NCBI RefSeq assembly: GCF_963921235.1 | Contig: NC_086104.1 | Location: 126,914,001-126,978,000 of the forward strand | Direction: 5' to 3' | DNA: 64,000 nucleotides | Source: Mobula hypostoma | Lineage: Eukaryota | In this document: one piece after another, positions 13,401-24,044 of the stretch | Layout of the letters: the number at the start of each line of letters is the position of its first letter | Position numbering within the stretch: position 1 is the stretch's first letter | Notes under the pieces: generated by a model | Database searches by the model: none | Seen by the model: the letters and a program-made list of their open reading frames with translations, nothing else | Told to the model about the DNA's origin: nothing | Made by a program: the position numbers and the translations under genes

Positions 13401-15732
13401 AGCATTATAAAGGACCCCACACACCCCTCATGAGAGCGGTAAGCGTAAAGGAGGGGGGCTTGTTGTTCTGGTTAACAACAGATGGTGCAGTCCTGGTCAT
13501 ATTACGATCGAGGGAAGTGTTTGTAGACCGGAGATTGAACTTTTTCCTGTTGGATGGTTTGAGTGCTTACAAAGAACTGTATGAAAGAAAAATGCGCGAG
13601 GCTCAGCAGTCAAGCAAGCCTTCCACATCAGCCACAGCAGACGACGAACCTCGACCTTCGACATTAAGGCAGGCAGAGATAGTAGAAGATGAGCTGCCTG
13701 CTCTAATGGAAACAGACGATGAGATGACACCCCAGTGTCCCACCACCCCATCACCCAGGCCGCAGACAGATCCTGATTCGCGGAGAATGCAACGGTAGCC
13801 GGGAGGCACACAGCACATCTTTAAGAAAAAAGCCGAAATAAACATGCTAATTAATTAGGTGCCGCCAGACACATAATCGTCGGCCCAGATCAGAGGCGAT
13901 GCAATCCAACATCCCAACATCACAGCCCTGTGTCGTTCCCAAACTAATCCCAACACTACAGCCCTGTGTCAATCCCAAACTAATCCCAACACCACAGCCC
14001 AGTGTCAATCCCAAACTAATCCCAACACCACAGCCCAGTGTCAATCCCAAACTAATCCCAACACCACAGCCCAGTGTCAATCCCAAACTAATCCCAACAC
14101 CACAGCCCAGTGTCAATCCCATCACCGCAGCCCTGTGTCGTTCCCAGATGAATCCCCCTCACTACAGTTGTGTCAGTCCCAAATCAAGCCCATCAATGAA
14201 TGTGAGAAACCTGCCTCATTTCTTTGCGTTCTCACTCTCTACGTGAATCCAAGGACATTTTATGATCCCATTCCCTTCCAATACCACACCTCGTCCAGTT
14301 TACCAGTAGGACCTAGTGATGCTTGAGGAAGTGAGTGGGAAATTCACCTGGTGGTAGGAGCAGAGGTCACTGATGAGGCTTGTTTTGTGAAGGAAGTGGC
14401 TGGAACTCTTTTGTTGCTGTTTATACACACCCTCCACGTGGCTACAGAAAGATCACCTTTGAGGATGGTGAGTCTTGGACCACTAAAGAATACTGATCAA
14501 TTGGTAAAATGAGTGGGGAAATGGAAGGTGGAATATAATTCTGTTATTGCCTTTGGAGGACTAGAGCGGCTGGTAGGACCTGAGGAATACAGAGGAACAG
14601 AGGGACCCTAGTCTGTAAAGTCAAGGAACCTCGAAGGTGGTAGCAAAGAGACAGTGTGGCTAGGGTTTCGTCTTCACTTTGTCTTCCACGCACCCCTCAT
14701 ACAATCTCTTCTCCCTCCTGCCATCCGGCAAAAGGCACCGAAGCATTCAGGCTCTTACAACCAGACTATGTAACAGTTTCTTGCCCCAAGCCATCAGACT
14801 CCTCAATACCCAGAGCCTGGACTGACACCAACCTACTGCCTTCTACTGTGCCTGTTGTCTTGTTTATTATTTATTTTAATGCCTGCACTTTATGCAATCC
14901 TGTGTAGGTCTGTAGTCTAGTGTAGTTTTTGTGTTGCTTTACGTAGTTCAGTGTAGTTTTTGTATTGTTTCATGTAGCACCATGGTCCTGAAAAACATTG
15001 TCTTGTTTTTACTGTGTACTGTACCAGCAGTTATGGTTGAAATGACAATAAAAAGAGAGTTGACTTGACTTGACTTGATTAGCCAGGGCACAGAACACAA
15101 GAGCAGGGATATGATACAAGTGTGTAGAACCAGTCAGCTGGAGTACCGTGTGCTGTTCTGGTCACCTACAACACCACAGGAAGGACTTGACTGTAGTGAA
15201 GAGGACACGTGGGAGATTGCCTGGAATGGAGGGTTTCAGTTAGGAGAGACCAGAGAGGACTGGGTCTATTCTCCCCAGAACTGACAAGGAACCCAAGCAC
15301 TGATACCTTAGATAGTGAGAGACTCCTCTGCCAAGGGGAAGAGTTCACATCAAAGGACAAGAGGTCTTGTCGGAATATGGGGAAGAACTTTTCCGCATGG
15401 GCAGTTGGAGGAGTTGGAATCTGGAACATAATACCTGCGGAGTTGATGGACACACCAACTGTCAAAGTACCCCAGTGATCATTTAAGATTAGTGTACACG
15501 GGTAATCGGTACAGTGTGCTGTGTACAACTAGAATCCAATGCATCAGTCCAGACCACAGAACATAGAACAGTACAGGCCCTTCGGCCCACAATATTGTGC
15601 CGACCCTTAAACCCTGCCTCCTATAATTGAACAGACCAGTTCCAGTTCAAACAAGGAAAGGCTGAGCGAGCTAGTTTTTCTCTTTGAAGCAAAGGAGGAG
15701 AGAGGCAACTTGATCGAGGCGTAAAAGATCAT

Positions 15733-15773
<41 letters not shown>

Positions 15774-18700
15774 GGTAAGTGTCTGGAAATGTACTGCTGG
15801 GGGAAGTGGCAGAAGCAGATACATTGGGGACTTCTAAGAGACTTAAACAGGTACATAGAGGAAAGAAAAGATAATGGCACTTGGCCTGTGTTAGAGAGGC
15901 GGTTTAGCTCAATTATTGAGTAGGTTTATATGTTGTGCTGACCTATAATGGGCCGAAAGCCCTATACTGTGCTGTACTGTTCTATGTTCTAAGTGCCCAC
16001 ATCATCTGCCTGTAGGTTCAGGCCCCACCACCCTTTACACTAGTGGATGCCACACCTTCCCCTGCCCCCTCAGCACAACCTTACCACAGTAAACTTCCCA
16101 CTTTCTATACCACTGAATGCCACATCTCATACCAGCACCCCCACCAGCCCCTGCAGCAAACCTTCCACCATCCTTTACACTGCTAGACACATTCCATACC
16201 TGCAGCCCCACCAGTGTTACCACAGTAATCCTCCCCACCCTTTACGCAGCTGGACGCCTCATCTTCCACCAGCCCCCGCCGTCCTTCTCCACTGTAAATC
16301 TCCCTGCACCCAGCTCCCCCAGTAGACCCAGCACACCTCTGGTGGAGGAACACTGGGGCAGAAGGCTCTGCCGCCGACGAGAGGCTCTGTCTGCCAGCCC
16401 GCCAGACGGGAAGGCGACCTGCCCCAGTGACCTCACTTCACTCGGTGGCTGAGGAGATCTGGTACAGTACTCTAGCAAATTTCAACAGATATACGGTGCA
16501 GAGTATTGCTTTATGTATTGCATTGTTCTGCTGCCACAAAATAACAAATTAGATGACATACGCCGCTGATAATGAAACTGACTCCAATGGCAGGGACTCA
16601 CCGTGACGCAGTAACCATGCCGCCCGCAGTGTTCGATGCAGTCCTGGACGCTGCAGTCCACGCCGCCCCAGCCTGGGTGACAGGCACACGTGCCACTGAC
16701 CTCGCACTGCCCGTGCCCCGAGCAACCCATCGGGCACAGCGTGAAGATGTAGCTGGCGTTAAAGCCCTCAAGGTTGTAGTTGGCATCACTGAAGAGGTGG
16801 AGCAACATCTGCAGGGAGCGAGAGGAAGAGGGGGGGTGAGGAGGAGAACAAGGGGTCAGAACCACGACCCCAGAGCCTGCCACAGGCCACCCGCCTTCAC
16901 CTGGGGTCACCTGGCATGCACCTGCATTTCCCATAGAGTGTGGGGGGAAAGTAAAAGTGTCGCTAAGACCGGTGGGGGGGGGGGGAAGAAAAGGAGAGGG
17001 GCTGCTCCACCGCCCATTCCACCAGGACATTTCAGCGCTCAGTGGGGATTCAGTAATAGGTGTTAAGAGATAATTCAGTTGGAGATTCGGTGGAGTGGGT
17101 TATGTCAATTCCCCAAAATGGGTACTGGTGGGGGGGGGCGGGGGTTGAACTCTGCAGGGGGACAAGCGGTCATTATGACGAGGTGGGGGCGAGGACTTGA
17201 GGAATGGATTGAGCACACAGGCAATCAGAGGGAGAGAACAAGACAGCTGAACAGCAGGTTTTAGGAAGAGTATATAGATTTCAAATTGACTGCCATGTGC
17301 ATAGCTGGGACAGACCCGTAGGGTGCCACGGTGACCAAAAACTGTCTGCAGACAGAGCACCAGGTATGCAGCTTTGAACATGTAACCACATAACCACAGG
17401 GTATGAATCCCCCCCCCACCCCCAACCCGAGTGATGAGTGGGGAGGGAGACTGTTCGGACTTCACCTCTGGGCTGTGGACCAGACAAAAGGACAGATGTG
17501 CCGATGCATACGGAGCCCTAGCTGTGCACATCTATCTAGATGAATATTATATTTAACTCGTCACTCAATAAACTTTGAATCGATTCTACACCAACAGTGC
17601 TAGTGTCATTCTGTAATACTCATTGCACTCTCGAACTCTGAGTGTAACAGAGAGGACGTTACAGTCAAACTCCAATCATCCAAATGCTCTGTAGTCCCTC
17701 TGGCTCACCGGGTGAAGGAACCCCACTTCCCTCAGCACAGCACCGGCTGCACCCACACCCCAGGAACCCGGTTCCCTCACTCCCATGAAACTCACCCGGT
17801 CCTGCTTATTAACACCGTAAGATTGAATTAGAAGCTTGCGGGGGTATAAAGAGAAATAAAGTCCAGCAGTCTAAGAAATCTACCATCCAACACCCGAGAA
17901 GGGAACAGGTAATGCAGCAATGACCAGGAACTTCCACGCACCTTCTCAGATGTAATGGGATTTTCAATTAACAATTTCTGTGCAAGGGGAACAAGGATTA
18001 CCACCTGCTAGAACTCCGAGCACAGTTCAACTCAGCGGGAACCGGTCTTTAACTTAAATAAAATGAGTTAAGGAGTGACTGGAAATGCAAAAAATGGGAA
18101 TTAGGTAGGAAAACCAATAGATTACTGGAGTCCCTGAGCACGACAGCCTTCAACCCATCCAGCCCATCCCACCTGGTCTTCTGCCTTGTTCCAACTACCT
18201 GCACCCGGACCCTATCCCTCCAAACCTCTCCCATCCATATGCCTACCAAAACATCTCTTAAATATTACAATTGAACCTGCATGTACCACCTCACAGGCAC
18301 CTTGTTCCACGCTTCCACCACCCTTGAGTGAAGATGCCCCTCAGATTCCCCGAGATCAAAATTCAATGGTCCAAAGGTCAAATTTAATGTCAGAGAAATG
18401 TATACAATATACATCCTGAAATGCTCAAAGTTCAAAGTAAAATTTATTAACAGAGTACATATGTCACCACATACAATCCTGAGATTCTTTTTCTGCAGGC
18501 ATACTTAGCAAATGTATAAAACAGTAACTGTAAACAGGATCTGTAAACTGTCAACAAATTGTGCAAATGCAATTAATAAATAAATAGCAATAAATAATGA
18601 GAATAAAATAAGAGGATAAAAGGGCCCTTGAGTGTAGTTATTCTCTCTTGTTCAAGAGCCTGATGGTTGAGGGGTAGTAACTGTTCTTCAACCTGGTGGT

Positions 18701-21700
18701 GAGAGTCCTGAGGCTCGTGTACCTTCTACCTGATGGCAGCAGCGAGAAACGAGCGTGGCCTGGGTGGCGAGGATCTCTGGCGATGAATGCTGCTTTTCTA
18801 CAGCAACATTTCATGTAGATGTGTGCTCATTTGATATTTCAATATTTGTAATTAATTTAGATGACTTTGTAGAGATCTATTTTCACTTTGACACGAAAGT
18901 CTTTTTTCTGTTAATCAGTGTCCAAAAAAGCCAAATTAAAACCACTGTTACATTGTTGTAAAACAATAAAACATGAGAACTTCCAAGGGGAGTGAATGCT
19001 TTTTATAGCACTGTATCTACATACCTGTGATGCCACATTCAGAATATTATGGATCTAGATTCCCAGTATTCCCAGTATAACTTTGGCTTCTTCACACAAA
19101 GGGTGGTGGATATTTGGATATGTGGCCAGATCAGAAGGTGGTATAGCAGACTGAAAAGCCACAATTATTTAGGAACATTTTCTACCTCCTCCACTAACAG
19201 ATTTCTTTCTTTCTTTTTAAATCTTTTTAATAATTTTCAAAATTATAAACTCAATAACAAAGTTGGTACAAAGAAAGTGGAATAATCTTAATCAGCATAT
19301 ACAAAAAGGATTTTAAGTAACATAGGAATAATAGACTTCCGAAGTCATAATGAAATTAGTTATAAAAAAATAAAAATAAAAAATATAAACAAAAAAATCC
19401 CCAAAAGAAAAAGAAAAAAAAACTCAAAAAAAAACAGAACAAAACAGGGCTTGACCAATATCTTAAATCAGACACGTTCAATAATGTCATCAACTCCGCT
19501 CCTCTATTCATATAATTCAAGTTAGAGAAAAAAAAGATTCGGAAAGGTCAGATTACATCATATGAAAATGTTGCATAAAAGGTTTCCAAAACAGATTTGT
19601 GACTAGTCCATGAACCCACTTGTTTTGCATTTATTTAGATTATAGTCACCTTTTACACCTTTGCTCTGTACTGCTGCCACAAAACAACAAATTTAACGTC
19701 AGATATACTAAGTCAGTGACAATAAACCTGATTCAGAAGCAGTGATTGAAGACAGGCACATTAACAACATTTAAAAGTCATCCAATATACTGATGGGAAA
19801 TGTTTGGAGGCAAACACGGGCGGAGGGATCCTGCACGCTGGGCAACACGGTCAGTATAGATGAGTTGGGCCGAAGGGCCTTTTTCCATTTTGTCTGTCTT
19901 TACGACTCTGCCTATTGGAGGTCTAAAGGGAATTAGTGCTGGAAAGTGGCACTGAGGTAAAACAGTGGCTCTGGCTGTTAGATTTTTGCGTACAAGAGGT
20001 TGGGGGTTTGATGTTGTTATTGCTTTTTTTTGGAGCTTAGGGATTTGATGTTTTAGCTGCCGTGTCCAGGTGGGCGATCTGTTAGTTTTTGTGCGAGGGA
20101 GGGGTTGGGGGGCTTTCCTTTGCATGTGGGGGCGGGGTTTGATGTCTTTTCTTTCAATGTCTTGCACATGGCTCTCTGGAGAAGACAAATCTCAAGAGTT
20201 GCATTCTGCTTACAGACGTTGATAACAAAATGAACCTTTGACCCAGTGTGGCTGCTGAGGAGCATTGAGGAGGTAAACGATCCACCCCTCCTCACTCTGC
20301 CTGAATTCCGAGGCATACAGTCAGGTCTGAGAAATACTTCCAAACCCCAGCAACAACCTTACAAATGACGCTAAATCAATTTTGTCCATTAAGTTGAAAA
20401 CATACAAAAATCAAATACTGTTATATCCAAACCTTCAAAATAAACAGCTCGAAAAGCATCCTAGACTGACATGGAAGAACAATTAATAAAAGTGGGCGGG
20501 GACGGGGGAAACAGGCAGAGGGTCGGGCAAGTCTAGTTTTGACATTTGTAGGAACACAACTGTGTAGAAATATACGTTGAACCTTTGAATTTAATGTTCT
20601 GAAAATTTATTCACGTGCAGAGGTGTTCATAAGTCGGGAGTTTGTAGGGGACAGCCTCAATGTTGCACTGTGGCGTACAAAATCCACAACAGAAGTGACC
20701 CACCCCGGACTCTGAAGAGGATCAGATATCAGTGACTTGGAGGACACAAATCTGAGCACTTTCGGGAAGCAGCAACCAAAGAACAGTTGAAAACCATCGA
20801 GTGTACCAGACAAGACTCTAGAAAGGCTTAATCAGGAACAGTGGCAAAACTCATGTCTCTCACATCAACGGCACGAGTACACATAGGGACTAAAAAAAGG
20901 CTAAAGGGTTGTAACTGCCAGCACTATGACAAACGTAGCTGGGGCAGGAAGGAAGCAAAGCTCAAGTAACATTGAAGAACATCTGGTAACCAACGTAACT
21001 AAGGAGGGAACACAGGAACTGAAACAAGCGAGGCACCAGGAGCCAAAGAGGGAAGCGGAACAAAGTGTGACAACAGTCAAAGCTTCTAACAACGTAAGAC
21101 TTTTTCCACAGAGTGAGTTCCTGTTTAAGACCAGGAGGAGTTTGATAAAACACTCCAACTCACAGTCACTGCCCTCATATTCCCAGTCTCTCTACACCCC
21201 GATCCAACACCTGTTGCCACCATTGTGGCCAACACCTCCTAACCTTGCACACTCAGACCCCCTTCACAGCCCACCGCCCCAGCACACTTGCGGCCCAGTC
21301 ACCCTCACAACGCCAGTCACTGCGGCACGCGCAGACACCAAATGTTACAGCCCTCGCATGGTCGGGCGCAATCCCTGCCACCCCCCACCGGAGACACTGA
21401 CCTTCCCCGAACGAGCTTCGATGGGCTCAGGGAGCGTGTTCCCGCTGAGGCTGGCGAGGAGGGGGCTGCCGTAGGACTCGCCATCGTAGACAAAGAGGTA
21501 GTCGTAGGTGCACTCGGTGTCCAGAGACGTGAAGGTCAGCACAATGCGGAACCTACTGTCAGGGGCTGTAGCACAGGGGACGGGTCACTGCCTACCGACA
21601 CAGAGTACACAGTCCCAGTCATTGTCCTCCCCCCACAACCCACCTCGCAGTCTGCACCCTCTCCCCCTCGTTCTCCTAAACCCCTCACCACCCCAGGGTC

Positions 21701-22203
21701 TGTTCTCCTCCAACCCACTCACTACCCGGATTCCCCTCCTCACTCCCACCCGCACACGCAGTGGTGTCTATGTCCCCCATCCAAAACCAACCCCTCCGTC
21801 ACTCGAGGTCTCCACAGACCACCGTTCTACTCCTTTCCCCGCGTTTCAACATCACCCACCCCCCCCCATCTCATCTCCTCTCCCCCTCCTGGGGTCTCCT
21901 CCCTTCCCACTCTCTCCCTCTTTGGTGACTCCTGCCCACTCACACCGTCACCCCACTCCCCCCCCCGGCGGGCCGCCTCCACCATCCGGCCCCCCCCCCC
22001 ACCCCCGGCCCCAGGAGCTCACCCACGATCAGCCACTCGCAGTTGCCATTGACAGAGTAGTTGCCGCTGCCGTCCGACACCAGGCCAGGCCGCTGTAAGA
22101 GATACCGCTGGCCCTTGCAGTCCCCAGCCTGTCCCTGCCCGTACTGCAGCACCAACACCACCACCAGCAGCACCGTTCTCAGCCTCCCAGCCGCAGGGCA
22201 CAT
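1295..22203 (-). CDS. MEGF8: MEGF8 (multiple EGF-like domains 8), 5' part; join of 22023-22203, 21402-21565, 16602-16808, 12295-12472, 8780-8868, 5001-5214, 4246-4423, 1737-1882, 1295-1420; the 3' part lies beyond the left edge
   Basis: Nine GT-AG exons with consistent phases encode signal peptide, CUB, EGF and Kelch repeats. They are collinear with remembered human MEGF8 (AGDCKGQR, GNYSVNGNCEWLI, DTECTYDYLFVYDG, MLLHLFSDANYNL, GHSMVFH, GNYMVVYGGNVH, YHLGCHQWVSG). Confidence 0.96.
1737..1882 (-). CDS. MEGF8: MEGF8 coding exon 8 (Kelch)
   Basis: ctacag|(R)FSYRTNTTHAFHVDQRYWSTLKSRPSAASPREQAFHSATLIGNYMVVY|gtgagt; 146 nt. Confidence 0.94.
2955..3230 (+). mobile_element. tRNA-derived V-SINE (HE1-like)
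   Basis: tRNA-like head followed by the V-domain GTGGCTTTCCTCTGGGTGTCCTGATTTCCTCCCACAGTCCAAAGAC. Confidence 0.7.
3531..3990 (+). mobile_element. Rex1-like LINE 3' end carrying a 5' fold-back inverted duplication
   Basis: 3675-3985 matches the 3' end of the element at 28445-28775, including the (TATGAC)n tail; 3531-3659 is the reverse complement of 3675-3803. Confidence 0.85.
4246..4423 (-). CDS. MEGF8: MEGF8 coding exon 7 (Kelch); not in the ORF track
   Basis: ccccag|(G)RTDEDRFSAAMFRFHLERWVWEEVIPTGGKSPAVAGHSMVFHPASRMLLIHGGHRISP|gtaagg; 178 nt. Confidence 0.93.
4500..4710 (-). mobile_element. V-SINE (HE1-like) copy
   Basis: Reverse-complement V-domain TCTTTGGACTGTGGGAGGAAAC..GAGGAAACCCACG. 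Confidence 0.65.
5001..5214 (-). CDS. MEGF8: MEGF8 coding exon 6 (Kelch)
   Basis: gcgcag|AARHAHSAVEWRGGMVVFGGQLQDGSLANDVW..PPGLAAHAAAVVGQELYVFG|gtgagt; 214 nt. Confidence 0.94.
5720..8520 (-). mobile_element. Degenerate CR1 LINE (endonuclease to RT), interrupted at 7021-7720 and ~8093-8290
   Basis: ORF pieces LGEHFASGDHNAISF, YKKCKRTFKKKITSAKRRYE..ENPKGF and CFNARSIVGKADEL are homologous to the CR1 at 24.5 kb. Confidence 0.85.
7021..7720 (-). mobile_element. 5'-truncated L1/Tx1-clade LINE (ORF2 C-terminal cysteine-rich region and A-rich tail)
   Basis: DRCKTEIATLTHMFWSC..FW..; 11-bp TSD CCCATCTAGTC at 7010-7020 and 7721-7731. Confidence 0.85.
8780..8868 (-). CDS. MEGF8: MEGF8 coding exon 5 (Kelch)
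   Basis: ctgtag|(G)SDLNQVLGDLLMYNFTSNQWQRIVLDPCP|gtaagt; 89 nt. Confidence 0.93.
9810..9915 (-). mobile_element. Isolated Gypsy protease fragment
   Basis: WITIEVSGVKLKMELDT is nearly identical to the protease region at ~35975-36070. Confidence 0.7.
9912..10102. mobile_element. Penelope-related short repeat, inverted pair
   Basis: CACACAAAATGCTGCAGGAACTCAGCAGGTCAGGCAGCATC followed by an inverted copy; the same family occurs at ~32400, 47270, 48145, 50280, 58120 and 59895. Confidence 0.65.
10105..11950 (-). mobile_element. Degenerate Rex1/L2-like LINE (APE endonuclease and start of RT)
   Basis: MIFTETWL..ESGKKSGAGLCI..WC, DFNQANL, LDQHQF..NRSTED motifs. Confidence 0.8.
12295..12472 (-). CDS. 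MEGF8: MEGF8 coding exon 4 (EGF, first Kelch); not in the ORF track
   Basis: Manual translation GQHCHCQPGFIGHSCNLSLNDNQSAGSWYNISRSDPEFMGRTAAAGTFLNTTNSFYIFG; poly-T tract and AAG acceptor; donor g|gtatgc; 178 nt fits the flanking phases. Confidence 0.92.
12522..13220. repeat. Minisatellite, 36/37-bp unit CCCAAACTAATCCCAACACCACAGTCCTGCGGTCAAT
   Basis: About 19 units; central ~12 copies essentially identical with a 37-bp period (e.g. 12701, 12738). Confidence 0.95.
13221..13900 (+). mobile_element. Mosaic of TE fragments inside the minisatellite: L2/Rex RT end, LINE endonuclease piece, Tigger-like 3' piece
   Basis: FYRGVLRAS/SCITAWFG-type RT end; ESGKRKGGGLVVLVNNRWC endonuclease motif; AYKELYERKMRE transposase-like tail (weakest call). 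Confidence 0.6.
13905..14185. repeat. Second block of the same minisatellite, 36-bp unit
   Basis: CCCAAACTAATCCCAACACCACAGCCCAGTGTCAAT repeats; 12-aa periodicity in ORF 13899..14246. Confidence 0.92.
14686..15075 (+). mobile_element. L2/Rex-like LINE 3' end
   Basis: LFSLLPSGKR-type C-terminus, AATAAA and a (GACTT)n tail. Confidence 0.7.
15737..15771. repeat. (CA)n microsatellite
   Basis: Direct observation. Confidence 0.9.
16602..16808 (-). CDS. MEGF8: MEGF8 coding exon 3 (end of CUB, EGF)
   Basis: ctgcag|MLLHLFSDANYNLEGFNASYIFTLCPMGCSGHGQC..CGRHGYCVT|gtgagt; 207 nt. Confidence 0.95.
17061..17649 (+). mobile_element. Possible solo LTR
   Basis: TGTTA...TAACA termini and internal AATAAA at ~17567; no matching TSD. 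Confidence 0.35.
18830..19015 (+). mobile_element. Tc1 right-end fragment
   Basis: Ends ..AAGGGGAGTGAATGCTTTTTATAGCACTGTA, similar to the TIR at 55660-55700. Confidence 0.65.
19205..19589 (-). mobile_element. L1-like 3' fragment
   Basis: A/T-rich tail; 9-bp TSD AACAGATTT at 19196-19204 and 19590-19598. Confidence 0.6.
21402..21565 (-). CDS. MEGF8: MEGF8 coding exon 2 (CUB)
   Basis: ctacag|..PDSRFRIVLTFTSLDTECTYDYLFVYDGESYGSPLLASLSGNTLPEPIEARSGK|gtcagt; 164 nt. Confidence 0.95.
22023..22203 (-). CDS. MEGF8: MEGF8 coding exon 1 (signal peptide, start of CUB)
   Basis: MCPAAGRLRTVLLVVVLVLQYGQGQAGDCKGQRYLLQRPGLVSDGSGNYSVNGNCEWLIV; donor G|GTGAG at 22023/22022; likely acceptor at 22278/22277. 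Confidence 0.92.
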
Positions 22204-22379
22204 CCTCCACTCTCCCGCAGGGCCTGGCCCTGCAGGCCCAGTCGCTGGCTGCCAGGGTCTGACACCGCCAGTCTCCCCTGGGGGCACCAAAGGGCAGTCA
22301 GATCTGGTGGTGACCTGCCACCATCTTGTACCCCAGCCATCCCTAATACCCTCCCACAACTTCATCTCCACTTCCCTCC

Positions 22380-23400
22380 CCTATTCCCCACCCTCTCACC
22401 TCTCCCCCTTCCCTTGGCCCATCTCTCCACTTCCCCCTCCCCTTCACCCACCAACCCCTCTCCCACTTCACTCCTCCGACCCCCTCTCCTTCTTCCCCTT
22501 TACCCCAACCACTCTCCCCTACCCCTCCCCATCACCCCTGACCCCTTTCCCCATCCCCTCCCCTTCTCCCCATCACCTCCCTTCACCCCGACCCCTCCCC
22601 ATCCCCTCCCTTCACCTCCAACCCCCCTCTCCCCATCCCCTCCAACCGCTCTCCCCATCCCCTCCCCTTCACCCCGACTCCCTCTCCCCATCCCCTCCCC
22701 TTCACCCCCGACCCCTCTCCCAATCTCCTCCCCCTTCAACCCCGACCCCTTTCCTCATCCCCTCCCCTTCACCGCGACCCCTTCTCCCCATCACCTCCCT
22801 TCACCCTGACCCCTTCTCCCCATCCCCTCCCCTTCACCCCGACCCCTTCTCCCCATCACCTCCCTTCACCCTGATCCCTTCTCCCCATCCCCTCCCCTTC
22901 ACCGCGACCCCTTCTCCCCATCACCTCCCTTCACCCTGACCCCTTCTCCCCATCCCCTCCCTTCACCCCGACTCCCTCTCCCCATCCCCTCCCCTTCACC
23001 CCGACCCCTCTCCCCATCTCCTCCCCCCTTCAACTCCAACCCCTTTCTTCATCTCCTCCCCTCCGCTTCACCCGGATCCCTCTCCCCATCCCCTCCCCTT
23101 CACCCCGATCCCCTCTCCCCCATCCCCTCCCCTTCACCCCGACCCCCTCTCCCCATCCCCTCCCCTTCACCCCGACCCCCTCTCCCCATCCCCTCCCCTT
23201 CACCCCGACCCCCTCTCCCCATCCCCTCCCCTTCACCCCGACCCCCTCTCCCCTCTCCCCATCCCCTCCCCTTCACCCCGACCCCCTCTCCCCATCCCCT
23301 CCCCTTCACCCCGACCCCCTCTCCCCATCCCCTCCCCTTCACCCCGACCCCCTCTCCCCATCCCCTCCCCTTCACCCCGACCCCCTCTCCCTTCTCTCAC
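22380..23400. repeat. Polypyrimidine/polypurine minisatellite, ~33-bp unit CCCCATCCCCTCCCCTTCACCCCGACCCCCTCT
   Basis: 11-aa periodic ORFs ([11 protein letters not shown]); units are homogeneous at ~23080-23390. Confidence 0.92.
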
Positions 23401-23564
23401 CACCCCTCTCCGCCTTCCCCCAAACGCCCTCTTCCTTCCCCTCTCCATCCCACTCCCTTTCTCCGTCTCACCATATTCCTCCTCCTTCTCTTCTCCCCCA
23501 CCCCCCACCCCCCACCCCACACACACTTCTTCATTCCTTCTTTCTCCATCTCCCTCACTCCTAC

Positions 23565-23900
23565 CTTTCCTCCCTTCAGGCCGCTACCAATTTCCCGACG
23601 GATCTCGCGACATTCTCCGAGGTCATGGTTCGCGATGCGGGGCGACGCTCCCAATCGGATTACAAAACACCTCCCAACCCTGAGCAGTCTGGCCAATGGG
23701 CGACGGGCAGTTGGTCCAGGAGGCGAGGCCGTGTCCGCCATTTGCAGCAAGGTGAACACCATTCGCTAATAGAAAAGCAGAGTCCAATCAGTCAGCCAAT
23801 CATCGGCCAGAGGACGTAGCCACTATCACGTCAAAGAATAACAAGCGCATTGGCCAATAGTAATGTAGAACAGAACGAATTAGCCAATCAGCTCAGTGCA
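23565..23900 (-). promoter_or_regulatory. MEGF8: Probable MEGF8 promoter and non-coding first exon
   Basis: Small CpG-rich island with clustered CCAAT boxes (~23695, 23785, 23796, 23854, 23884), a YY1-like CCGCCATTT at ~23735 and TCTCGCGA at ~23603; candidate donor AAG|gtagga at 23565/23564. Confidence 0.65.
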
Positions 23901-24044
23901 TCTTGTAGAGCGTGTGAGGTTGTCCAGTAAATCTGCAGATTGGTACCTTAATTTTTAAATTCTTTTCTAATACTTGTACATCTGTGCACTTGTAACACTA
24001 CTGTAACACTGTAATTTCCTTTTCCTTTGGGATCAATGATGTGT

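Noticed and set aside
12522-14185. 36/37-bp repeats suggesting a CRISPR array
   Set aside because: The units are head-to-tail with no unique spacers, there are no cas genes and the context is a vertebrate intron. It is a minisatellite.
20926-21474. 182-aa plus-strand ORF
   Set aside because: No motif or splice support; probably decayed transposon and low-complexity sequence.
21288-22098. Plus-strand ORFs overlapping MEGF8 exons (also 4580-5200, 16572-17066 and, over PAFAH1B3, 34113-34958)
   Set aside because: Antisense shadows of GC-rich exons, with no recognisable domains.
22061-23526. Long Pro-rich and Gly-rich ORFs
   Set aside because: By-products of the stop-poor C-rich minisatellite.
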